A stretch of DNA of 60,620 bases from an uncultured Spirochaetaceae bacterium (GCA_964457975.1 CAYWGU010000001.1:1-60620), one strand, 5' to 3'; shown: positions 20,116-30,603, counted from the first letter of the stretch. Notes: generated from the letters alone by a model not told the origin. Program-made: numbers and translations.

Positions 20116-21099
20116 ATGAAGAGAAAAATGACTGCAAAAGAAATATCTGAAAAAACTGGAATAAGTGCTAGCACAATATCCCGAGTAATAAACCATCCAG
20201 AACTTGTTAACGAGGATACTCGTAATCAAGTTATGGATAAGCTCAAGTTGATTGGCTACAACTTTCCTACGACAAAACATAATAGTAAGTTAATTGGAAT
20301 CACCATTTCAAATTCCCTTTCTAATTTTGCTCAAATCATAGCTGGAACATTCAGCAAGCTATTGAGTGAAAGCGGATACCAAATTGTACAATTTAATATT
20401 GGAAACCGCCAGAATCTCTCACATTTCTTTTCAAGCAATTTGGACTATTTAAAAATGATTGATGCATTGATTATTACATCAGCTGAAATAGATCAAAAGG
20501 ATAGGGAGTTATTTGCAAAGTACAATATTCCTATTGTCTTGCTTCAAACTAAAAGCAAAGGCGAATTAAGCATCCATAATAACAATTTTACAGGGTGTCA
20601 AAATGCTGCAAAATATATGATTTCTAGAGGATATGAAAATATTGCTTTTGTTGGTTGGACTCCTAGCGACGAACATATCAACGACAGGTATATGGGTTTT
20701 TCAACAACCCTTCAAGCTAACAATACCCCAATAAAAAATAAATTTCATGTCGAAGCTGAATTATCTGCTAAAGGTGGATACAGTGCTACAGAAAAAATCA
20801 TGAGCAACACCTCTACCCCTGATGCCATATTTTATGGTTGCGATGAAATGGCCGCAGGTGGTTTGAAGTATCTCACGGAAAAAGGTTATAAAGTTCCCGA
20901 TGATATTGGAATCATGGGTTTTGATAACCTTAAAATTGCTGATTTAATGAATCTTACAACCATGGATCAATCTATTGAAGAAAAATGTAGCATAGCTACA
21001 AAGTATCTATTAGAGCGATTATCAAATAAACCACTTAGCTACTCACGCGATGAAGTAAGCATAACCCCAAAACTTATTGAGAGATCTTCTCTTAAGTAA
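20116..21099 (+). CDS. LacI-family transcriptional regulator
   Basis: The N-terminal HTH is MTAKEISEKTGISASTISRVINHP. The rest is a periplasmic-binding-protein-like sugar-sensing domain. Confidence 0.85.
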   Translation: MKRKMTAKEISEKTGISASTISRVINHPELVNEDTRNQVMDKLKLIGYNFPTTKHNSKLIGITISNSLSNFAQIIAGTFSKLLSESGYQIVQFNIGNRQNLSHFFSSNLDYLKMIDALIITSAEIDQKDRELFAKYNIPIVLLQTKSKGELSIHNNNFTGCQNAAKYMISRGYENIAFVGWTPSDEHINDRYMGFSTTLQANNTPIKNKFHVEAELSAKGGYSATEKIMSNTSTPDAIFYGCDEMAAGGLKYLTEKGYKVPDDIGIMGFDNLKIADLMNLTTMDQSIEEKCSIATKYLLERLSNKPLSYSRDEVSITPKLIERSSLK

Positions 21100-21133
21100 A
21101 TACGTAAGTCTTTTTTTCAAAATGGAGGATATT

Positions 21134-22522
21134 ATGAAAAAAATTATCACTGCAGTTTCACTACTGTTATTAGTCAGCGCGTCTACAATGTTATTCGCAT
21201 CTGGAAGTAAAGAGGCCATACCTGCTGCTCCTGTAGCAACACAAGCAGCTAAACCTGTTACAATCGAATATTGGACAACTCAAACTCAAACTGATCGTCA
21301 AGCAACCATTCAGTTGCTTATTGATACCTATCAAGCTTTAAACCCTAACGTAACTGTTAAACTTATAGCAGTTGATGAAAATGATATGGCAACACAGCTT
21401 GCAACTGCAGCTAATTCAAAAACACTACCAACAATGATTGATAGTGGTGCTGAAAATATTGTTGCTTTTGGTTTGGATGGTTTGATGGATGTTGATGCTA
21501 ATAAAGCAGCAATTGAAAGCATTGGTCAGAGTAAATTCTTTGAAGGTGCATTAAAATTAAACGAATCAGCTACTGGACAGTATTATGGTATTCCAGCTTA
21601 TGGTTGGTTGCAAGGTATCTGGTATAGAACAGATTGGTTTGCAGATGCAGGATTAGAAGCACCAAACACCTGGGAAAACATAGAAAAGGCTGCAAGGCAT
21701 TTCTATCGTCCAGCAGAAAACACCTATGGTATCTTGGTTGGAACAAAAGCTGAAACATTTGCAGAGCAATGTTTTACTCCTATTGCACAATCTAACGGTG
21801 CGCAACTATTTGATGCTGCTGGTAATTTAACATTCAATACTCCTGAAATGAAAGAAGCTATTGAATATTATGCAAGACTTGCTCAATACAACCCACCAGG
21901 ACCACAAACTTGGAGAGCTCGTGATTATTACCTACAAGGTAAACTTGCAATGTTCTTTTATTCAACCTACATAATGGATGATCTATCAGTTCAAGATGCT
22001 GCTGCATCATCATTAACTTCTGAAAACTTCAAAGATCTAGAGGGATCTAATTTTGATCCACAACTTGCAGAACATACAGGTATGTCTCCAACCATCACAA
22101 ATACAGAATCAGCATCATATGGTGTTATTGTATCCTTTGGTGTGATTAACCAAGGTGACAGTGCAAAAGCTGCAGCTGCTGAAGACTTCATTAGTTTCTT
22201 ATATCAACCTTCATCATATATTACATTCTTACACATGGCACCTGGTGGCATGAACCCTGTAATAAAAGGAATAGCAGATCAAGCTGATTATTTGAACAAT
22301 AAAATTCTATCAGAATATGGTAAAGATGCTATTGGTGATATTACAGAAGGTATGCAGGATATCAAATCATTCTCTATTGTAGATGGTGTGAAGATGAACA
22401 AAGCATCTACAATAACAACTCAACAAATCATTCCACAAATGATTTATCAAATTACTCAAGAAAACGTTTCTGTTGATAAAGCTATGGCTACCGCTGAAGC
22501 CGCAATGAAAGCACTTGATTAA
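21134..22522 (+). CDS. Extracellular solute-binding protein, CUT1 sugar ABC transporter
   Basis: It has the signal peptide MKKIITAVSLLLLVSASTMLFASG. The start was moved to the ATG at 21134, after GGAGGA. Confidence 0.8.
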   Translation: MKKIITAVSLLLLVSASTMLFASGSKEAIPAAPVATQAAKPVTIEYWTTQTQTDRQATIQLLIDTYQALNPNVTVKLIAVDENDMATQLATAANSKTLPTMIDSGAENIVAFGLDGLMDVDANKAAIESIGQSKFFEGALKLNESATGQYYGIPAYGWLQGIWYRTDWFADAGLEAPNTWENIEKAARHFYRPAENTYGILVGTKAETFAEQCFTPIAQSNGAQLFDAAGNLTFNTPEMKEAIEYYARLAQYNPPGPQTWRARDYYLQGKLAMFFYSTYIMDDLSVQDAAASSLTSENFKDLEGSNFDPQLAEHTGMSPTITNTESASYGVIVSFGVINQGDSAKAAAAEDFISFLYQPSSYITFLHMAPGGMNPVIKGIADQADYLNNKILSEYGKDAIGDITEGMQDIKSFSIVDGVKMNKASTITTQQIIPQMIYQITQENVSVDKAMATAEAAMKALD

Positions 22523-22590
22523 AAGCACCTTAAGCTTATTAAAGGGGAGAATAATCTTCTCCTCTTTTTTAGGCAATTTTGGAGAATATT

Positions 22591-23466
22591 ATGGCTTACA
22601 ACCAACTTACCATGGAACAAAAGGATGCCAGACTTGGAATAAAACTGGTGGCTCCTGCGGTAATTATTATTGGCTTATTAATTATATACCCTATATTTTA
22701 TAATATTTATTTAAGTTTCTTTGATGTATCAATGATTGGTGATACAAAATTCATTGGCTTGGAAAACTATAAAAATGTAATATTTGATCCATCCTTTTGG
22801 AAATCAGTATTTACAACATTCGTTTATGTTATTGCAACAACAGTTCTAACAACTCTTTTGGGTTTGATTGTAGCTATAGCTATGAATAAAGAATTCCCAC
22901 TACGGGGTCTTGTAAGATCAATTATCTTATTACCATATGTAGCACCTGTTATTTCAACAGTATACTCATGGCAATTCTTCTTTGATCCTGTAAATGGTAT
23001 TTTCACTCATGTAATGGTTGATGTACTTCACATTTATGATCAAAGATTCAACTTAATTGCAGATCCTAAATATGCACTATGGGTTGCAATTGTATTTAGC
23101 ATGTGGAAAGCATTCCCTTTCACCTATCTTATGATTTTATCAAGATTGCAGACCATTGATAACAATCTATATGAAGCAGCAGAAATTGATGGTGCAGGTG
23201 GTATTAGAAAATTTATCTCAATCACAATTCCTGAATTATACTTTGTTTTAGGCTCCATTGTTCTATTAAGATTCATTTGGAACTTCAATAAATTTGAGGA
23301 AGTATACTTGTTAACTGATAATGTTAAAGTATTGAGTGTTTATACATACTTCAAGGCGTTTACTGGTAGCATGGCTCTAGGTCAAGGCTCCGCTTTGGTT
23401 GTTGTACAGTTTACTTTATTGATTGGTCTTATTCTCGTTTATGTAAAGAAGGTATTGAAATGGTAA
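22591..23466 (+). CDS. Sugar ABC transporter permease (MalF-like)
   Basis: It is a BPD-type permease with the EAA loop YEAAEIDGAGGIRKFISITIP. The start was moved to the ATG at 22591, after GGAGA. Confidence 0.8.
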   Translation: MAYNQLTMEQKDARLGIKLVAPAVIIIGLLIIYPIFYNIYLSFFDVSMIGDTKFIGLENYKNVIFDPSFWKSVFTTFVYVIATTVLTTLLGLIVAIAMNKEFPLRGLVRSIILLPYVAPVISTVYSWQFFFDPVNGIFTHVMVDVLHIYDQRFNLIADPKYALWVAIVFSMWKAFPFTYLMILSRLQTIDNNLYEAAEIDGAGGIRKFISITIPELYFVLGSIVLLRFIWNFNKFEEVYLLTDNVKVLSVYTYFKAFTGSMALGQGSALVVVQFTLLIGLILVYVKKVLKW

Positions 23467-24437
23467 ATAGAAAAAATCGTTTGGCAAAGAATTTTGGGTT
23501 TTTCATTTTAATAATGCTTATAGTATTATTCTGTCTGTTTCCTTTTATACAGATGCTCTCAACATCCCTTAAATATTCATGGGATTGGGGCAATCCCTCT
23601 TTAATTCCAATAGAGGTTAATACAGATGCCTACACAGAAATATTGAATATAAATACTTCTGGCGAGGAAGTGGTAATTGAAATTCCTGCATCTGTTAAGA
23701 AATTAATGGAGGATAACCCAGATCTAACAGAACCTCAAAAGACAGCAATATTAGCAAAATATACTGATACAAGTGATGTTTTCCCATTCAAAACATATTT
23801 CTTGAATTCATTGAAATTTTCGCTCATTTCATCACTATGCGCACTAACAATAGCAATATTTGGAGCATACTCAATATCAAGGATGAAATATAGAGGACAA
23901 AAGATCATACAAAGAGGTGTTCTATTTGTTTATATGGTTGGTGGTATCTTATTGCTGATTCCACTTTATAAGATATCTGTTACCCTGGGATTAACTGGAA
24001 GTGAGGGTGGAACTACACTCTCCTTGGTCATTATCTACATGGTACAAACACTACCTGTTTGTTTATACATGCTTGGAAACTCCTTTAGATCAATTCCTTT
24101 CTCCATAGAAGAGGCAGCCTTTATAGAAGGTTATACAAGATTTCAAACAATTGTTAAAATCATAATACCTCTATCATTTGGAGCAATAGCAACAGTATTC
24201 TCCTATGCTTTCATGATTGCCTGGAATGAATATCTATTTGCATCTGTATTCTTAAAGTCTTATATAAATATGTACACACTACCAATTTCTCTTAAAGCAT
24301 TATTTGTTTCAAAGAACGCTATTTGGGATAGAGTAAGTGCAGCATCTCTACTAACAGCAATTCCTGTAATTGTATTATTTATGTTGGTTCAAAGATTCCT
24401 CTCTGGTGATAGCACTGCAGGTGGTGTAAAAGAATAA
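23460..24437 (+). CDS. Sugar ABC transporter permease (MalG-like) with an extended first extracellular loop
   Basis: Its EAA loop is EEAAFIEGYTRFQTIVKIIIP. It overlaps the upstream gene by 7 nt (ATGGTAA). Confidence 0.8.
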   Translation: MVNRKNRLAKNFGFFILIMLIVLFCLFPFIQMLSTSLKYSWDWGNPSLIPIEVNTDAYTEILNINTSGEEVVIEIPASVKKLMEDNPDLTEPQKTAILAKYTDTSDVFPFKTYFLNSLKFSLISSLCALTIAIFGAYSISRMKYRGQKIIQRGVLFVYMVGGILLLIPLYKISVTLGLTGSEGGTTLSLVIIYMVQTLPVCLYMLGNSFRSIPFSIEEAAFIEGYTRFQTIVKIIIPLSFGAIATVFSYAFMIAWNEYLFASVFLKSYINMYTLPISLKALFVSKNAIWDRVSAASLLTAIPVIVLFMLVQRFLSGDSTAGGVKE

Positions 24438-24466
24438 GGGTAAAAATAATAAACAAGGAAAATAAG

Positions 24467-26137
24467 ATGAACAACAAACTAATAAGTCATTTAGAATTGA
24501 TATATGGCAAAGAGCTTGCAACTAAATATCAAGGTGAATTTCAACAAAAGGTAGTAAAACTTTCCCAGTATAAAACAGAAGGAAAGAAAGGCTTTAATGA
24601 AAAGGATTCCATTATGATAACTTATGGTGATTCCATAAGTGGAATAGAGGGTAAGAGCAAGATAGAAACTCTAACATACTTTGCTAAAAAGTATTTAGAT
24701 TCAGCTATCAATACAATTCATATACTCCCTTGCTTTCCCTACACTTCAGATGATGGATTTTCAATTGTCGATTACAAAAAGATTAATCCTGATTTAGGAA
24801 CTTGGTCTGATGTAGCGGCATTAACAGATAGTTACAAGTTAATGTTGGATCTTGTTGCAAATCATATATCACGAAGCAGCTATTGGTTCCAAGAATATTT
24901 GAAGGGTAATGAAAAATACAAAGATTACTTTATAACTTGTGATCCCACCTTGGATTACACGAGTGTAATAAGACCTAGAACTTTACCATTACTTACTGAA
25001 GTTAATACAGCAAATGGTAAGAAGATTGTGTGGACCACCTTTAGCACAGATCAAATAGATCTAAATTATAAAAATCCAGAAGTATTATTAGATATAATTG
25101 ATGTATTAATTGAATATGTAAGTCATGGATCATCTGCAATAAGACTTGATGCAATAGCCTTTATTTGGAAGGAAATTGGCACATCTTGCTTGCACCTACC
25201 ACAAACGCATGAAATCATAAAACTAATAAGAACCATTGTTGAAATGGCAGATGTAGACGTTAAAATCATTACTGAAACAAATGTTCCTCACAATGAAAAT
25301 GTTTCTTATTTTGGTAATGGTAGGGATGAAGCAAGTATGGTTTACAACTTTCCACTTCCTCCATTAACTCTATATACCTTTTTAAAAGGGGATGCATCCA
25401 TTATTAAGAATTGGGCAAATGATTTAACTCTTCCAAGTGAAGATGTTACCTTCTTTAATTTCTTAGCCAGTCATGATGGCGTTGGACTCAATCCAGCAAA
25501 AGGCTTAATTGATGATAAAGAAATAGCTCTACTAGCAAAGAAGGTTGAAGAGCATGATGGATACATTTCCTATAAGAACAACTCTGATGGAACTAAAAGT
25601 CCTTATGAGATGAACATAAATTTTCTTGATGCTTTAAAAATTGCAGGAAATATTGATGAGCATTTGGAAGCTCAAAGATTCATTGCATCGCAATCAATCA
25701 TCCTGGAGTTTAAAGGTGTACCAGGAATTTATGTACACTCTCTCATTGGCTCTCATAACTACACAAAAGGTGTTGCAGAAAAAGGAACACCTAGAACCAT
25801 AAATAGAGAAAGGTTGAATATAAATGAGCTAGAGTTGGAACTAAATGATTCAAGCAATATAAGATTTCAGGTATTGAGTAAATATAAAGAACTTTTGCTA
25901 ATTAGAAAAGATAATAAATGCTTCTCTCCTAAAGCAAATCAAGAAGTATTGATTGGTCTTGATTCAAGAATATTTGGCTTAAAGAGGTCCATTGATGGGG
26001 AAGAGGTTATCTGCTTAACAAATATAAGCAACAGCAATGTTGATGTTAATCTTAATATAGATGGCTTTAAAAAAATCACAAAAGAGAAATTTAATGGTAA
26101 ATTAACACCTTATCAAGTTGTATGGTTAAAAAAATGA
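24467..26137 (+). CDS. GH13_18 glycoside phosphorylase (sucrose phosphorylase / glucosylglycerate phosphorylase family, YcjM-like)
   Basis: GH13 regions are present: DLVANHIS, AIRLDAIAFIWKE, ITETNVPH and FLASHDGVGLNP. Its length and layout resemble E. coli YcjM as I remember it. Confidence 0.8.
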   Translation: MNNKLISHLELIYGKELATKYQGEFQQKVVKLSQYKTEGKKGFNEKDSIMITYGDSISGIEGKSKIETLTYFAKKYLDSAINTIHILPCFPYTSDDGFSIVDYKKINPDLGTWSDVAALTDSYKLMLDLVANHISRSSYWFQEYLKGNEKYKDYFITCDPTLDYTSVIRPRTLPLLTEVNTANGKKIVWTTFSTDQIDLNYKNPEVLLDIIDVLIEYVSHGSSAIRLDAIAFIWKEIGTSCLHLPQTHEIIKLIRTIVEMADVDVKIITETNVPHNENVSYFGNGRDEASMVYNFPLPPLTLYTFLKGDASIIKNWANDLTLPSEDVTFFNFLASHDGVGLNPAKGLIDDKEIALLAKKVEEHDGYISYKNNSDGTKSPYEMNINFLDALKIAGNIDEHLEAQRFIASQSIILEFKGVPGIYVHSLIGSHNYTKGVAEKGTPRTINRERLNINELELELNDSSNIRFQVLSKYKELLLIRKDNKCFSPKANQEVLIGLDSRIFGLKRSIDGEEVICLTNISNSNVDVNLNIDGFKKITKEKFNGKLTPYQVVWLKK

Positions 26138-27501
26138 CAAAACATAACATAGGAATGATACATTATAAGATTCAAGGAACAGATGGTGTTTCTCTTGAAA
26201 TGAATAAATGGGCTAAGACCTTTGAAGATCTGGGCAATAAAGCATACATGCTTGGAGCTGAGGTTGGTGACGATAATAATATTATCCATCCAAGTCTCCA
26301 TCATACCTCCAAAATTGCTAAAGCTCTTTATAACTACAGCTTTGTAAATAAAGAAGACTTTAAAAGTGATAAAGAATATAAAGAGGTGTTATTGGCGGAA
26401 GCAGCTAAAGCTGAAAAGGTAATTGATGCATTTGTTATAGAGAATAATATTGATTTAATAATTCCTCAAAATGTATGGTCTGTTGCAATGAACCCTTGTG
26501 TATCAATTGCACTTGAAAGAGTAATTAAAAAGCATAATTTGAATGTACTAGCACAGCACCATGATTTCTTTTGGGAGAGAATAGGTGGAGTTAATTATTC
26601 CTGTGAATTTGCAAAACACATAGCTGATGAATATATTCCACCTACAAATAAAAAGTATCATCATGTTGTAATCAACCAACAAGGACATGATACATTATTA
26701 AAGAAAAAAGGACTTGAAAGCACCATAGTTCCAAATGTATTTGATTTCAAACAAAGCCCTTGGAAAGTTGATGATTACAACAAAGACTTTAAAGAAGCTT
26801 TGGGACTGTCCAAAGATGATATCATATTCTTGCAGGCAACCAGAATTGTTGAGCGAAAGGGCATTGAATTAGCCATTGATTTATTAAGCACTCTTAATGA
26901 TCTAAAGCCAACCTTAATGGGGAAAATCTTATATGATGGTAGAACCATCAATAAAAACACCTCGTTTAAATTACTATGTGTTGGCTATAGTAGTGATGAT
27001 AATACTGGTACCTATGTAGATAGATTAATCGAGAGAGCACAGAGTAAAAACGTAGAGCTGCTATTTATAAGCAATTATATATCTCATGAGAGAAAGATTG
27101 TTGATGGTATTAAAAAATACAGTCTTTGGGACTCCTATGTATTTGCAGATATGATTACATATCCTTCATATTGGGAAGGCTGGGGTAATCAATTTCTTGA
27201 AGGGTTGTTTGCTAAAGTTCCCATGATAGTTTATGAATATCCTGTATTTATTACAGATATAAAGGATTGTGGATTTGATTATGTATCACTTGGTAGCACA
27301 CACACTAAGGATGATAAAACAAACTTAATTAGAGTAGATTCATCCATACTAAAAACTGCAGCGGATAAAACCCTTAAATATTTATTGGATGATGAGTATA
27401 GAGTAAAAAATACTCAAATGAATTTTGATATTGGAAGAGAGCATTACTCAATGCAAACATTAAAAGAATATCTTGAGAGATTAATTAAAGATTTTAACTA
27501 A
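26134..27501 (+). CDS. GT4-family (GT-B fold, retaining) glycosyltransferase-like protein
   Basis: It has the E-x7-E signature (PSYWEGWGNQFLEGL). The ATGA start/stop overlap with the phosphorylase gene at 26134-26137 makes 26134 the likely start. An alternative ATG lies at 26122. Confidence 0.7.
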   Translation: MTKHNIGMIHYKIQGTDGVSLEMNKWAKTFEDLGNKAYMLGAEVGDDNNIIHPSLHHTSKIAKALYNYSFVNKEDFKSDKEYKEVLLAEAAKAEKVIDAFVIENNIDLIIPQNVWSVAMNPCVSIALERVIKKHNLNVLAQHHDFFWERIGGVNYSCEFAKHIADEYIPPTNKKYHHVVINQQGHDTLLKKKGLESTIVPNVFDFKQSPWKVDDYNKDFKEALGLSKDDIIFLQATRIVERKGIELAIDLLSTLNDLKPTLMGKILYDGRTINKNTSFKLLCVGYSSDDNTGTYVDRLIERAQSKNVELLFISNYISHERKIVDGIKKYSLWDSYVFADMITYPSYWEGWGNQFLEGLFAKVPMIVYEYPVFITDIKDCGFDYVSLGSTHTKDDKTNLIRVDSSILKTAADKTLKYLLDDEYRVKNTQMNFDIGREHYSMQTLKEYLERLIKDFN

Positions 27502-27537
27502 TTACTCTTTTTGATATTTAATAAATAAACAATTATA

Positions 27538-27598
27538 AGCTAGGTCGAGATTCTCGTAAGATGAATATTTAACAACCTAGCTGTTTTTAGTAGCTATG
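27538..27598 (+). terminator. Putative terminator of the phosphorylase/GT4 operon
   Basis: The stem is AGCTAGGT/ACCTAGCT, with a long loop holding an inner hairpin. It is followed by GTTTTT. Confidence 0.45.
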
Positions 27599-27761
27599 GG
27601 TGAAAGTTCTTTAAATATTAATGTGGTCTTATACAAAATCTTGTGATAAACTGAAATAAATACTAGGTATTTTATACAATGTATGTGATTTATGACTCTG
27701 ATAGAGCTACATAATGCACAAATATAAGTATTTTTTGTAATCATTAAAGGAAGAATTGATC

Positions 27762-28265
27762 ATGGGAAAAGCTATAATAAAAGAAATGGGTGGAAAAGAC
27801 ATTGAAATACTTTATGAGACAGTTAGAATAGCTCATGAAGCATTTGGGAGAGGTTGCCATCCTTTTGGTGCCCTATTGGCTGATAAAGATGGAAATATAT
27901 TAATTGAAAAAGGTAATAACATCAAAGACTCACCGTGTCTTCATGCTGAGACGGCAGTGATGATAGAAGCAGGAAAAAAATATAGTCCGGACTTTTTAAA
28001 AGATTGCAGTTTATATACTAACTTTGAACCATGTGTTATGTGCACCGGTGCTGTATATTGGACTAATGTAAGACGGATTGTATTTGGTTTATCAGAGAGC
28101 CAATTACTTGAACTAACTGGTGATAATGAAGAAAATCCAACTTTCTCACTTAAAACTTCTGAGGTGATTGAAAAAGGTCAAAAAGATATAATTCTTGTAG
28201 GTCCTACAAAAGATAATAAACTAAAGGATGCAATTATGAAAGATCATTTAAATTTTTGGAAATAA
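27762..28265 (+). CDS. CMP/dCMP-type zinc deaminase (nucleoside/guanine deaminase-like)
   Basis: It has the HAE...PCxxC zinc motifs (CLHAETAVM, EPCVMCTGA). The start was moved to the ATG at 27762, after AGGAAG. Confidence 0.75.
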   Translation: MGKAIIKEMGGKDIEILYETVRIAHEAFGRGCHPFGALLADKDGNILIEKGNNIKDSPCLHAETAVMIEAGKKYSPDFLKDCSLYTNFEPCVMCTGAVYWTNVRRIVFGLSESQLLELTGDNEENPTFSLKTSEVIEKGQKDIILVGPTKDNKLKDAIMKDHLNFWK

Positions 28266-28480
28266 TTGAATTGAAAGTATACCATCAACTCAATGTTGGT
28301 TTTTAATGGTTATACTTTACTCTTTTGGACACCTTTCTCTTAAGTTGCCCATTATTGTCTTTTAATAATTAACCAATATTATTTTAGAATAATTGGTGCG
28401 CTTAGCATTACTGATTCAAATTGAGATCATAATTAGTAACATTTTAAAAATTGTACTGCTTAAAATTAAATATTGCTTGT

Positions 28481-28532
28481 AGAAAAGAAAGAAGGATCCA
28501 CACCTTTATTTTGTAATAAATTTAGTGTGGAT
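28481..28532 (-). terminator. Putative terminator of glmS
   Basis: On the minus strand the stem ATCCACAC/GTGTGGAT (21-nt loop) is followed by a T-rich run, CCTTCTTTCTTTTCT. Confidence 0.45.
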
Positions 28533-28551
28533 TTATCATATAAGAGTTGTT

Positions 28552-30375
28552 TTATTCTACTGTAACACTTTTTGCAAGGTTTCTTGGATGATCTGGATCA
28601 TTCCCTCTGTTTACTGAACAATAGTATGCATACAGTTGAGTTACAATAACACTTAGAATTGGAGCAATATATGGCTCAGTTCTGGGTATTAAGAATACTT
28701 CATCTGATACATCATCAAAGGCATGATTTCCTTCAAATGTAATAGCAAGTGTTTTAGCACCACGTGCTTTAACTTCTTTTATGTTTGAATCCATCTTCTC
28801 ATAAAGAGATGGATGGCAACATGTAGCAACTACAAGTGTATGCTCATCAATTAAGGCAATTGGTCCATGTTTTAGTTCACCTGCAGCAAAGGCTTCTGAG
28901 TGTGTGTAGCTTATTTCTTTAAGCTTCAAGGCTGATTCAAGAGATATTGCATAATCACTTAATCGTCCAAAATAGAACACCTTTGTTTTGTTGAACTGTC
29001 TTGATGCAAATTTTTGTATTTCTTCTTGTCTGTTAACAACAAGTTCTGCTTTAGCTCCTATTTGTTCAAGTTCATTCATTAATTTAGCTTTAATTTCTTC
29101 ATCTTTTGTTAATGCACATGTTAATAAGAATACACACATAAGCTGTGTGGTGAATGCTTTTGTAGATGCTACAGCTATTTCAGGACCAGCTTGTGTATAC
29201 ATTACATGGTCAGCTTCTCTTGCTACAGTTGATCCAACTACATTTGTAATTGCAATAACCTTTGCACCTTTCTTCTTAAAAATACGCATTGCCTGAAGAG
29301 TATCAGCTGTTTCACCAGATTGTGATATTACAAGACATAAATCATCCTCTTTTACAATTGGGTCTCTATATCTAAATTCAGATGCAACATCAATATCTAC
29401 AGGAATACGTGCAAAATGTTCAATTGAATACTTGGCAACAACCGCAGCATGGTAGGCAGTACCACAACCAACAATGATTACATGCTTTGCCGTTTCAACA
29501 ACCCCGTTTATTTCGCCTAAGTCAATCTTCCCACCGTATACACGTGCTTTAAAGGTTTGATCCAATACAAAGGGCTGCTCACAAATTTCCTTTAACATGA
29601 AGTGCTCATAACCATTCTTCTGTGCAGATTCCATATCCCAATCTACATGAGAGATTGGAACACCAACAACAATACCTTCCATGTTATATACTATAGCTTC
29701 ATCAGCTGTTACCTTTGCAACTTGCATATCATCAAGATATTGAACTTCTCTAGAATATTCTAAAATAGGGGTAACATCACTTGCAATCAAATTGTAGTTT
29801 TCTGATCTTCCAATTACCAATGGACAATCTTTCTTTGCAACAACAATAACACCTGGTTCATTCTTGCATACAACTGCCAAGGCATATGAGCCTTCAAGTC
29901 TTTTAAGAACCTCAGTAACAGCTTGTACAAGATCACCATTGTAATGAAAATCAATTAAATGAGCGATGCATTCAGTGTCTGTTTCGGATCTAAAAGTTAC
30001 ACCATGATCTTCAAGCCATCTTCTAAGTTTTGCATGGTTTTCAATTATACCGTTATGAACAACTGCAATACCACCTGAAACATCAGTATGAGGATGAGAA
30101 TTGATATCTGAGGGTCCTCCATGAGTTGCCCATCTGGTGTGGCCAATTCCTGTAATGCCTGAAACTGGATCTTTGGTTACTAATTCTTCAAGATTGGATA
30201 ATCTACCTTTAGCTTTTCTGATCTCGAGTTTGTTTTCATCTTTATTAGAAGTAACAACAGCAATACCAGCACTATCATAGCCTCTATATTCTAGTTTTTT
30301 CAAACAATTGATTAATACATCTTGAGCATTAGCTATTTCTGTTTCCTTTTCAACGAATCCAACAATTCCACACAT
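28552..30375 (-). CDS. glmS: Glutamine--fructose-6-phosphate aminotransferase
   Basis: It has the N-terminal MCGIVG nucleophile, two SIS domains and the C-terminal ...AKSVTVE. It is collinear with GlmS over its full length. Confidence 0.95.
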   Translation of the reverse strand: MCGIVGFVEKETEIANAQDVLINCLKKLEYRGYDSAGIAVVTSNKDENKLEIRKAKGRLSNLEELVTKDPVSGITGIGHTRWATHGGPSDINSHPHTDVSGGIAVVHNGIIENHAKLRRWLEDHGVTFRSETDTECIAHLIDFHYNGDLVQAVTEVLKRLEGSYALAVVCKNEPGVIVVAKKDCPLVIGRSENYNLIASDVTPILEYSREVQYLDDMQVAKVTADEAIVYNMEGIVVGVPISHVDWDMESAQKNGYEHFMLKEICEQPFVLDQTFKARVYGGKIDLGEINGVVETAKHVIIVGCGTAYHAAVVAKYSIEHFARIPVDIDVASEFRYRDPIVKEDDLCLVISQSGETADTLQAMRIFKKKGAKVIAITNVVGSTVAREADHVMYTQAGPEIAVASTKAFTTQLMCVFLLTCALTKDEEIKAKLMNELEQIGAKAELVVNRQEEIQKFASRQFNKTKVFYFGRLSDYAISLESALKLKEISYTHSEAFAAGELKHGPIALIDEHTLVVATCCHPSLYEKMDSNIKEVKARGAKTLAITFEGNHAFDDVSDEVFLIPRTEPYIAPILSVIVTQLYAYYCSVNRGNDPDHPRNLAKSVTVE

Positions 30376-30603
30376 AAGTTATCTCCCATACTTACTTTTT
30401 AGTAAGTTATATACTTAAGTTTTTTACATTTTATCATTTTTTTTGATTTTATACCCATAGTATTACAGTGAAAATATTCATAATTCCGATAGAATAACCC
30501 ACTTAATTCTACAAATTTTCATTGAAATAGTTATTTATGTATAAGAATTGAGCATTTGATGGTATTATTTTGAAGAAACAAATCGAGGATAAAAGAAAAA
30601 TTT

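Noticed and set aside
20035-20280. An 81-aa minus-strand ORF overlaps the start of the LacI-family gene.
   Set aside because: It runs antisense to a well-supported HTH-coding region and promoter, and has no RBS or motif.
13953-24437. Both CUT1 sugar ABC loci lack an ATP-binding subunit gene.
   Set aside because: This is normal for CUT1 systems, which commonly share an unlinked MsmK/MalK-type ATPase. It is not evidence of decay.
30376-30603. I looked for a glmS ribozyme in the glmS 5' leader.
   Set aside because: The leader is extremely AT-rich and lacks the GC-rich conserved core of the ribozyme (the AGCGCC cleavage-site region and the P2/P2.1 pseudoknot sequences). Only a trivial 6-bp hairpin is present.
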